Below, piece by piece: positions 29,083 through 37,157 of a stretch of DNA of 64,000 nt (position 1 is the stretch's first letter; each line of letters begins with the position of its first letter). The stretch lies in the IMG/VR virus record IMGVR_UViG_3300009694_000018; one strand, given 5' to 3'. The notes under the pieces were generated by a model. That model ran no database searches, was not told where the DNA came from, and saw only the letters and a program-made list of their open reading frames with translations. Made by a program: the position numbers and the translations under genes. Source of the DNA: an uncultured virus (IMG/VR IMGVR_UViG_3300009694_000018) (Duplodnaviria > Heunggongvirae > Uroviricota > Caudoviricetes).

Positions 29083-30483
29083 TTAATTATTTTTGATTTT
29101 TTTAATAATATAATTAACTATTATTTCTGGAATATTGACACCCGATATAACAGAAAAGGTAGAGAAATGTGAAGCCGAATTAACCTCCATTATGTAATAT
29201 TCCTTTGTATTTTTATTCTGTATTATGTCAAATCCTAAAATATCACTGTCTAAATGTTTAGATACATCTTCACACATTTTAATGATATTAGATGGTAATT
29301 TTCCTTTTATAGCCTTTGCCCCTCTAGCCACATTAGATCTAAATTCTTTTTCGTCTATTCTTTTTTTCTTTATTATCAATTCAACTTTATTTTTTATTGT
29401 TATAACCCTATAATCCCCATCGTTTGGTATGAATTTTTGTATCAACATCAAATTGGAAGAATATCTATGTGAAAAAGTTTTGATTAAGTTTTTCAAATCT
29501 TTGATCAAGAAAACGCCAGTACCTCTATTTGCTTTAACATCTTTGACAATAACTGGGAATCCAAAGTCATTTTCAACTATACTGATTATTTTATTTGTTA
29601 ATTTAGTAGTCATTATTGATGGTATATATGGATATCCTAAATTTTCTAAAAGATCAAATTCATAAGCCTTATTATCATATTCACTATAAGTACCATATTT
29701 TAAATAAGGAATATCATTTCTATTTAGATAATTAACAATCATTTTACACAAAGATGTGAAATTTGATACGTGTCCAAAAAATACAAAATTGTAATCTTTC
29801 AAACAAATACCATGTGCATAATAATCTTTTTTTATTTTATAAATATCATCATAATTAACAAAATTAACAAAAACATCATCTTTCATTTTTTCATAAAATA
29901 AAACTGGAAATAATCCGGACATATTTTCAAATCCTCTAAAAAAATTATAGACATCTTTTTCACCATGTGTATCTATAGCCAAATCGAATTGAATAAAAAG
30001 TACTTTATATTTACTATCCGGTTTTTCTGTTTTTTTAAATCTACACATTTTAAATGGAATTTTATATCCAATATCAATATGTGGATCACCGACTTCATAT
30101 ATATTGCCTTTACTATTAGTGACTGCTTTGACGTAATGATAGGGTTTGGATTTTAAAAACTTTTTTTGATTTTTATTCAAATCGTTAAAATCAAAAATTT
30201 CTACCCAATCACCAATTTCTATAGGTGTTGGCTGTCTTACTTCTTCAACCTTTGGTTCTTTTTTTATTTTTTTAATTAAATCATCATGAATTTTTTTTAC
30301 TTTCAAATCCCTTTTCTTTTCATCTTCTGTCTTAAAGCTATCATCATCAATATCCCATAATCTCAATTGGTTATATTGATCAATGTTCAATTTATCTTCT
30401 TCTGGTTGTAGTTGAACTTCTTCATCACCAGTAAAAGGTTGTACATTTTCCTTAAAAAAATTATTATATCTTAATATTTTCAT
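29083..30483 (-). CDS. RimK/LysX-family ATP-grasp ligase with N-terminal extension
   Basis: FPVIVK...RGTGVFL, IQKFI...DYRV, FRSNVARG, GFDII, MEVNS. Confidence 0.85.
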   Translation of the reverse strand: MKILRYNNFFKENVQPFTGDEEVQLQPEEDKLNIDQYNQLRLWDIDDDSFKTEDEKKRDLKVKKIHDDLIKKIKKEPKVEEVRQPTPIEIGDWVEIFDFNDLNKNQKKFLKSKPYHYVKAVTNSKGNIYEVGDPHIDIGYKIPFKMCRFKKTEKPDSKYKVLFIQFDLAIDTHGEKDVYNFFRGFENMSGLFPVLFYEKMKDDVFVNFVNYDDIYKIKKDYYAHGICLKDYNFVFFGHVSNFTSLCKMIVNYLNRNDIPYLKYGTYSEYDNKAYEFDLLENLGYPYIPSIMTTKLTNKIISIVENDFGFPVIVKDVKANRGTGVFLIKDLKNLIKTFSHRYSSNLMLIQKFIPNDGDYRVITIKNKVELIIKKKRIDEKEFRSNVARGAKAIKGKLPSNIIKMCEDVSKHLDSDILGFDIIQNKNTKEYYIMEVNSASHFSTFSVISGVNIPEIIVNYIIKKIKNN

Positions 30484-30587
30484 ATTATTATATATAAAAA
30501 ATTATTATTAAAAATTAAAAAAAAAAATAAATCTTTTTAATTTTTAATTTTCATTATATATTAAAATAATCCAATGAAAATTTATTT

Positions 30588-31115
30588 TTAACAGTGTTCT
30601 TTTAAAAATTTAATGATTTTTTCTTTTATGCCCAATTGTTTAATTCCCTCATTAGCGCGTTTTATGTGAATAAAATTCGCTTCAAACCAAGGATTCAAAT
30701 CGTAATCATCAATGACTATGAATTTCTGTACATTGTTATCACACACATATTTTATGATTTCAGACGCACGACAAGCTTCCAGTTCTTGAACTTTCATAAA
30801 TTCAATTCCCCAAAGATTCGGAGTTATATCTGTTATAGTGCATTTAACATTATTCCACTCAAATATTCTATTCATTACTTCCAATGAATATTTCTTACCC
30901 CAATCACTTGATAATACAACGATTGGTTTTTTTGATAGCATTGCTTCATCAAGAATTTGATTAAAAACCTTTACACATTTTTCATCAAACCTGTAGCAAT
31001 CATACATGGGATGCCATTTTTTCCTATTAGTATAATACTGATTGGTGGTCACTAAAACACCGTCTAGATCTAAAAAAATATAGACTTGTTGATTATTATG
31101 GAATTCTTTATTCAT
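30588..31115 (-). CDS. HAD-superfamily phosphatase of the RNA-repair (Swiss-army-knife) type
   Basis: IFLDLDGVL, VVLSSDW, FIVIDD. Confidence 0.75.
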   Translation of the reverse strand: MNKEFHNNQQVYIFLDLDGVLVTTNQYYTNRKKWHPMYDCYRFDEKCVKVFNQILDEAMLSKKPIVVLSSDWGKKYSLEVMNRIFEWNNVKCTITDITPNLWGIEFMKVQELEACRASEIIKYVCDNNVQKFIVIDDYDLNPWFEANFIHIKRANEGIKQLGIKEKIIKFLKEHC

Positions 31116-31218
31116 TTATACAAAGATACATAAAAAAATTTTAAATAAAAAACAATTAAATCAAAATATACAAGTATTCAAAAAAAAATGTATTCAAGAT
31201 AAGGATTAAAAGGACTAA

Positions 31219-32130
31219 TTAAATTAGTCCTTTTAATTTCATATTTCTATATAATCTTGTAAAACCAATACCAGCACCATATCTATTTATCATTGGTAAT
31301 GATAAATAAGATTCTAATTCATTGATAACTCTTTCTTTACCAAATTCGTTATATAATAACTTGGCATACATTCCATCTGATATACTATGGAAACTATTTC
31401 TCATTTGTTCTACATCAACAGATCTTTCAGCCGATCCAAATGTTTCTTGACCACAAATAATAAAATCTGTTTTATTAAATAATCTTTCACCTTTTTTATT
31501 TAATCCATCTTGTTTCATATTCCAAAATGGATGAGTCCTTTCTGGAAAATACGTTATTCCAACAACGTCACCATATTCTTTCCATATTAATATTTCGTGA
31601 TCGGATTCTAAATTATCAACACCATAATGTTCACACAATTCATCATATGTGAATATTGGAATATCTTCAGTTTTTTTCACAAAACCAAGATGAACACTCA
31701 ATTCACTTAATGTTTTTATAAGATCTTGAAAGTTTCCTTTATGTTCAAACTCCCACATTGGAAATATTTTATCATGTCTACCAGGTATAGGATTAGGTTC
31801 ATCTCTATAAGATGTTGTCATACAATATATACCATCTGCTTCCTCTGGCATAGTTAGTAATATCATTTCCAAATTCATTTGATTAGTTTGACTCAAAGGC
31901 CATGTATTTCCATCGAAAGTAAAAGATCTTAAAGTTCTCGGATCCTCACAGGCAGCCATAATAGATCTTATTGGTTGAGGATAAACTTCTTTATAATTTT
32001 TTTGCATAAAAAAAGTCCTCATTTTATTGACTAATTCATCAAAGTCTTGAGGACCAATAACATCTTGGTTAAAAATTTGTTTCTTCATAAGCATTTTTTT
32101 TTTGGGCGGAAAAATCCACCAAAAAAACAT
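31219..32130 (-). CDS. Stand-alone class IIb aminoacyl-tRNA synthetase catalytic domain (Asn/Asp/Lys-like), no anticodon-binding domain; real start probably ~32094-32088
   Basis: Motif 2 SYRDEP...RH..IFPMWEFE; GQETFGSAER; motif 3 GAGIGFTRL. Confidence 0.75.
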   Translation of the reverse strand: MFFWWIFPPKKKMLMKKQIFNQDVIGPQDFDELVNKMRTFFMQKNYKEVYPQPIRSIMAACEDPRTLRSFTFDGNTWPLSQTNQMNLEMILLTMPEEADGIYCMTTSYRDEPNPIPGRHDKIFPMWEFEHKGNFQDLIKTLSELSVHLGFVKKTEDIPIFTYDELCEHYGVDNLESDHEILIWKEYGDVVGITYFPERTHPFWNMKQDGLNKKGERLFNKTDFIICGQETFGSAERSVDVEQMRNSFHSISDGMYAKLLYNEFGKERVINELESYLSLPMINRYGAGIGFTRLYRNMKLKGLI

Positions 32131-32156
32131 CTTACATATATATTAATTTTAAAATG

Positions 32157-33926
32157 TCAATTTTTTTCTGTGAGGTTTGTTTTTTTATTATTTTTCCAAA
32201 TAAATTTTAAATGACCAGAATCATATATTCTATAAATATTTTTTTCTAACATTATTTCATGTTCTGTTTTTGATGGGTCGGCACCATCTTTAATTAATTT
32301 ATCTTTTCTGAATACAAATCTATGTTTTCTTTTTCCGTTTATTATATAATAATAATTAGGTTCTGTTTTTCTTATAAAATCAAATCCTATTTTTTTATAA
32401 AGATTGCCATTAGACCAACTGCGATCAGCGTAACTTATAACAACATTGGGATTATATTTATCGACGAAATATTTAAATAATCGACTAGCTCCGCCGATAA
32501 CATTAGTATTTAATATATTGCAAAATCTTAACATTTCATAAGTTCCGACTACTGATTTCTGACCCATTAATTTTCTTTTATCACCAAATGTCATTAAAGA
32601 AACCAATTTATTTTCATAAAAAAGTCCTATTTTAATTTTTGATCCAACGTGTCCTTGAATATGATTTTTATCCAAGAAATCTTTTATCATTTTAGTGTCA
32701 TTAAATTCTTTAATTTCAGTTTTTCTAGCCATTATCTTATTAGATTTGCCTAGCAAATTTAGTATTCTGGATTTAACTATATCTTGTTTATATAACCAAT
32801 CATCTTCATATATTTGAATTAATTTTATTTCTTTTGATTCCGATATATTTGTTTTATTTATATGATAATTTTTGTCTTTATAAATCTCCGAATGCCAATA
32901 AAGACCATTGAATTCAAATCCAATTTTTAATTCTGGTAAATAAATATCTATCTCATATGGATTTATAATAATATTATTGTTTAATTCTATTATACCATCA
33001 TAATTTTCTTTTATAAAATCTCTAATTTGAATTTCCAAACCGGACTCTTGTTTATCTATTGGATTGCAAATAGTACAAATTTCAGTTTTGCAATTTTCTC
33101 TATTTCTGTTATAAAATAAATTAAAAGTTATATTGAAAGTATGCCCTTTATCACAATTAATTTGAAATTCTTTTTTAACAAAATCTGCATTAATAAAATT
33201 TAAATTTTTATATTTATTTTTAATTTCATTAAACCATTTTATTTTGTTTTCATTTATAAATTTATCTCTAATTATACCATTTTTAAAAATATTATCAACA
33301 CCATATTTATCTATTAATATTTCTTTAATTTTATCTATTATTTCAGGAGATGAAAAAACATTTTCATATCCAAAATTTTTTAAATATGTATTTTTTTTAT
33401 GTTCTTTAATTTTTTCATTTTTATTATGACTTTCAATCCCATATTTTAATAAATTCGTATTTTTTATTTTTTCTTTTATTTCATCATTTTGAAAAACGTT
33501 GTCAACTCCATATTTTTCATTTATTGTATTTTTTACTTTTTCTTTTATATTTTTATCTTTCATTGGATTATCAACACCATATTTATCTATAAGAGATTTT
33601 TTTATTTTTTCTTTTAGTTCCATTTTTTTTAATGGATTTGTTACTCCGTATCTTTTTATATTTGTTTCTTTATATTTTATCCATTTACAATCTTTACAGT
33701 AATATTTACCATCATCCTTTATATAATTATTATACTTGACATAAGACACTTCCTTTTCTTGTCCACAATTATCACAACATACATTAATCTTTAAATTACT
33801 TCCTTTATGTAAAATATTTATATCAACGTTTATTACATCATTTATTTTAATATCATTAAAGTAATTAATATAATAACCCATATTTCTCGAAGTTATAGTA
33901 ACATTTGAATTTTTAGTTAATATCAT
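32157..33926 (-). CDS. Hef-like homing endonuclease paralog
   Basis: CDNCG, KYGVDN repeats, EIDIYLPELKIGFEFNGLYWH, GNAT-like C-terminal domain. Confidence 0.75.
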   Translation of the reverse strand: MILTKNSNVTITSRNMGYYINYFNDIKINDVINVDINILHKGSNLKINVCCDNCGQEKEVSYVKYNNYIKDDGKYYCKDCKWIKYKETNIKRYGVTNPLKKMELKEKIKKSLIDKYGVDNPMKDKNIKEKVKNTINEKYGVDNVFQNDEIKEKIKNTNLLKYGIESHNKNEKIKEHKKNTYLKNFGYENVFSSPEIIDKIKEILIDKYGVDNIFKNGIIRDKFINENKIKWFNEIKNKYKNLNFINADFVKKEFQINCDKGHTFNITFNLFYNRNRENCKTEICTICNPIDKQESGLEIQIRDFIKENYDGIIELNNNIIINPYEIDIYLPELKIGFEFNGLYWHSEIYKDKNYHINKTNISESKEIKLIQIYEDDWLYKQDIVKSRILNLLGKSNKIMARKTEIKEFNDTKMIKDFLDKNHIQGHVGSKIKIGLFYENKLVSLMTFGDKRKLMGQKSVVGTYEMLRFCNILNTNVIGGASRLFKYFVDKYNPNVVISYADRSWSNGNLYKKIGFDFIRKTEPNYYYIINGKRKHRFVFRKDKLIKDGADPSKTEHEIMLEKNIYRIYDSGHLKFIWKNNKKTNLTEKN

Positions 33927-33940
33927 TTAAAAGAATATTT

Positions 33941-35458
33941 TTAATCAATATGTTCTAATTCCAACAAAAGCTCATCTTCAGCACTTCTAAGCTCTCTTTT
34001 ATATGACTCTAATTCATCGTGTTCTTTCATCATAAATCCCTTATATTTCTTTCTGTCAGCAAAAATATCTGTCATCACTTGATTAACTACACCGACCTCA
34101 TTTTTAAAAACAGAACCATTTAATAATTTAATATCATTAGAATCTAAATCAACCCTATGTCCATTAAAGATTGCAAAATCTTTACCCGGAGACAAAATAC
34201 CTTTATAAGAATCTGCCGAAATATTAAACATCCTCATACACGTTGGATAAAGGGACGAGAAATCATAGCAAGCAGTCCATAATGCCATTCCTTTTATAGG
34301 TTCTTTGACCCATCCTCCTTTAACGGTTTTCTCTGATTCCATTATTGTATTATTATCTGAGAAATCTCTATCCAATTTACATAGAATAACATTTCTTTCT
34401 TTTTTTAATTTTCTTCTCAATATGCCTTCTGTAACTGGAAGAGTTGAATAAGCGTCTAGGATTTTAATTCGAGATAAGGTGGCAATTCCATAAAGAATAT
34501 CAATCCATTTTGTTTTTTCGTGTATTTTCTGAACTAGAATTGAATCTACTGCATTATAAAATATAAACTTTTTGTAATCGTTTACGACTAGTGTTTTAAG
34601 AGATCCTTCATAATTGACTTTTTTAATACCAAGAATTCCATCGGAAACGAAGTCTAGTGAATTTGATTCTTTAACTTTAATTGTAGAGTTCCATTTTTCA
34701 TAGAGCTCCATATAATCAATAATTAATCTATGAGCTGGTTGTTCACAATATGATTGTTTTTGTCTACCATTTTTATTATCTCTTTTAAATGGTTGTCTTA
34801 ATATTTTAGTATATGACGCTGATGTTGGATCTACTCCGATTTTTCTAGCTCTATTAACGAGAAATACCCAATCATATTCAGTAAAATTCCAACCAGTTAT
34901 AACTGGCATTTTTGGAACATACTTTTCAAAAAAGTTCAATAGCATCTCGTATTCATTTCGATATTTAATGAATTTAAAATCATAATTCGCATTAAATTTT
35001 ACGAAATAATTATTTATATCTTCTCTAATAGATGCTTCTTGTTCCTTTGATAAATCATTTAATCCCATAACAAGAGCTTTATTTCTAACCACAATAGATA
35101 TAGATTGTATAGCACTTTCTGCTAGTTCTGGTTGAGGTCTTTTATCTAAAATTTCATTTTCAATATCAACAAAAAAAATCTCGGGCTCTACGTATTTAAA
35201 AAGAACATCTTGTTCTTCTTGTGGTAAATTATCAATATAATCATAAACTGAATATCGATCTGGCATTCGAGTATATGTTAACTTGCAAGCCATACCATCC
35301 CAAGTTGTATATTTACCACTTTTATCTCTATCATCATCCGAGCAAACTACATATTTTTGTGGATTTGGCCATCTATAATGTTTCATTTTAATTTGACCAT
35401 TATCACCAATATAGGATACTTTTAAAATTTGCTGAGAATATTCGTAATCAACTATCAT
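33941..35458 (-). CDS. Family B DNA polymerase, N-terminal subunit (3'-5' exonuclease and motif A only)
   Basis: VDIE (ExoI), TGWNFTEYD (ExoII), YNAVD (ExoIII), GGWVKEP, YDFSSLYP (motif A); ends after RKKYK, lacking motifs B and C. Confidence 0.85.
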   Translation of the reverse strand: MIVDYEYSQQILKVSYIGDNGQIKMKHYRWPNPQKYVVCSDDDRDKSGKYTTWDGMACKLTYTRMPDRYSVYDYIDNLPQEEQDVLFKYVEPEIFFVDIENEILDKRPQPELAESAIQSISIVVRNKALVMGLNDLSKEQEASIREDINNYFVKFNANYDFKFIKYRNEYEMLLNFFEKYVPKMPVITGWNFTEYDWVFLVNRARKIGVDPTSASYTKILRQPFKRDNKNGRQKQSYCEQPAHRLIIDYMELYEKWNSTIKVKESNSLDFVSDGILGIKKVNYEGSLKTLVVNDYKKFIFYNAVDSILVQKIHEKTKWIDILYGIATLSRIKILDAYSTLPVTEGILRRKLKKERNVILCKLDRDFSDNNTIMESEKTVKGGWVKEPIKGMALWTACYDFSSLYPTCMRMFNISADSYKGILSPGKDFAIFNGHRVDLDSNDIKLLNGSVFKNEVGVVNQVMTDIFADRKKYKGFMMKEHDELESYKRELRSAEDELLLELEHID

Positions 35459-35515
35459 AGTCGAATATCATTTGTTTTTATTTATTTAATATATACGAAT
35501 AAAAAATAAAAGTTT

Positions 35516-35700
35516 ATGAACAAAAAAACAGAAGATTTTATAAAAAAAAGCTAATATTGTGCACAATTATATTTATGATTATAGTTTAGTTAATTATGAA
35601 ATCTCCAAAAAAAAAAATAAAAATAATTTGTCCTGAGCATGGAATATTTGAGCAATTACCACCTAGTCATGTTATTAAAAAACAAAAATATTTGAAATTA
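35516..35700 (+). pseudogene. Frameshifted remnant of a homing-endonuclease N-terminal repeat
   Basis: MNKKTEDFIKK / ANIVHNYIYDYSLVNY / KIKIICPEHGIFEQLP lie in shifting frames across A-runs. Confidence 0.6.
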
Positions 35701-35706
35701 GATTAT

Positions 35707-35775
35707 AAAAAAACTCGGAAAGTAGCGATTTTTCCGAGTTTAGATAGCCGAAGCTATAACAGTCCTAAACTGTAT
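35707..35775 (-). ncRNA. Three-hairpin structured element ending in a terminator; partly antisense to 23S rRNA helix 69
   Basis: Minus strand: ACAGT-TTAGG-ACTGT, ATAGC-TTCG-GCTAT, AAACTCGGAAA-AATCGCTAC-TTTCCGAGTTT-TTTT. Confidence 0.55.
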
Positions 35776-35833
35776 ATTTTTAACGAACAATCCAAGATTC
35801 TAATCCTGTATCATTCTCCATATTTTAGATAAC

Positions 35834-36214
35834 CTAAGAAGATGGAAAATATTTTTTCATCATGTCAATAGCTTTATAGTCATTCAAACTTGGTTTACAA
35901 TTGTGTTTATTATATAGATGTCCTATCTTATAATTCATATTATCACATACTTCTTCGCCACATTCAAGACATTTAACTTTTTTAAAAGGGCGTGGAAGAA
36001 TGTTTTCATTGATATGTTGATCATTCCACCATTGTTCAAAAATTAAAAATCCCTTTTCACCAGCTTCAAACGCCAATTTGCATAATTCTTTTACTTCTGA
36101 TAAAAGAAATCTATTTTCTTTTTTTAAAGGTTCCCATTCCCCTTTAATCGGTATAAGATCACTATCATCGACCGCTTCTTTGAAATAAATTTTTCTACTT
36201 TTTAAATTTTTCAT
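35834..36214 (-). CDS. Hypothetical protein with a C2H2-like zinc finger
   Basis: CLECG...KIGHLYNKH. Confidence 0.55.
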   Translation of the reverse strand: MKNLKSRKIYFKEAVDDSDLIPIKGEWEPLKKENRFLLSEVKELCKLAFEAGEKGFLIFEQWWNDQHINENILPRPFKKVKCLECGEEVCDNMNYKIGHLYNKHNCKPSLNDYKAIDMMKKYFPSS

Positions 36215-37089
36215 ATTATTATATTTTTTATTTTTGTTTTTAATTTTAAATAATTTTTATATTCATCAGTAAATCTATTATTATTACAATATAAATATTG
36301 TAAATTCTTTAAATGTTCAATTCCATCTAAATTAGTTAATTGATTACGTGAACAATCTAATAATTCTAAATTCGTTAAATGTTCAATGCCTTCTAAACTA
36401 GTTAATGAATTATTCGAACAATGTAAATATCTTAAATTAGTTAAATGTTCAATTCCATCTAAATTAGTTAATTGATTATTATGACAATATAATTCTCTTA
36501 AATTAGTTAAATGTTCAATTCCTTCCAAACTAGTTAATTGATTAGAATGACAATATAATATCTCTAAATTCGTTAAATGTTCAATTCCTTCTAAATTAGT
36601 TAATTGATTAGAATGACAATATAATTCTCTTAAATTCGTTAAATGTTCAATTCCTTCTAAATTAGTTAATTGATTACGTGAACAATCTAATAATTCTAAA
36701 TTAGTTAAATGTTCAATGCCTTCTAAATTAGTTAATGAATTATAAGAACAATTTAATGTTTCTAAATTAGTTAAATGTTCAATGCCTTCTAAACTAGTTA
36801 ATGAATTATAATAACAATATAAAGACATTATTTGATCTAATGGTTTATTTTGTTCTTTAGCTAACTGTATTATCGGTGTATCATTATCATCGTTCCAATC
36901 TTCCTCGCCGTATGGATCAATATCCGATCTATTTAATTGTTCAAAGTTTTTTCCTTTCTTACCAATATCTTCGCCTCTCCTAGCTCTTTTAACTATATCG
37001 GATTTTTTTTCTTTTGTTAATCCTTCAGATGGTTTATTCTTTTCATTTAAAGTAAAATCATCAAAATTCATTAGATTATTCATATACAT
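36211..37089 (-). CDS. LRR protein (8 x 22-aa) with chimeric N-terminus and DPYGEEDW motif
   Basis: Same LRR consensus and caps as 1..676 and 62844..63533. Confidence 0.9.
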   Translation of the reverse strand: MYMNNLMNFDDFTLNEKNKPSEGLTKEKKSDIVKRARRGEDIGKKGKNFEQLNRSDIDPYGEEDWNDDNDTPIIQLAKEQNKPLDQIMSLYCYYNSLTSLEGIEHLTNLETLNCSYNSLTNLEGIEHLTNLELLDCSRNQLTNLEGIEHLTNLRELYCHSNQLTNLEGIEHLTNLEILYCHSNQLTSLEGIEHLTNLRELYCHNNQLTNLDGIEHLTNLRYLHCSNNSLTSLEGIEHLTNLELLDCSRNQLTNLDGIEHLKNLQYLYCNNNRFTDEYKNYLKLKTKIKNIII

Positions 37090-37157
37090 TTTGATTATTT
37101 TTTTTGGAATTCTAACTTTAATATATATATTAAAATAAAAAAATTCTTTTTTTATAT

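Noticed and set aside
32157..33940. Group I intron splitting the polymerase and carrying the endonuclease
   Set aside because: Only 14 nt separate the genes, no intron core is visible and no downstream polymerase exon follows.
35596..35832. 78-aa ORF as a real gene
   Set aside because: Its first part is a frameshifted endonuclease remnant and the rest reads through the hairpin element.
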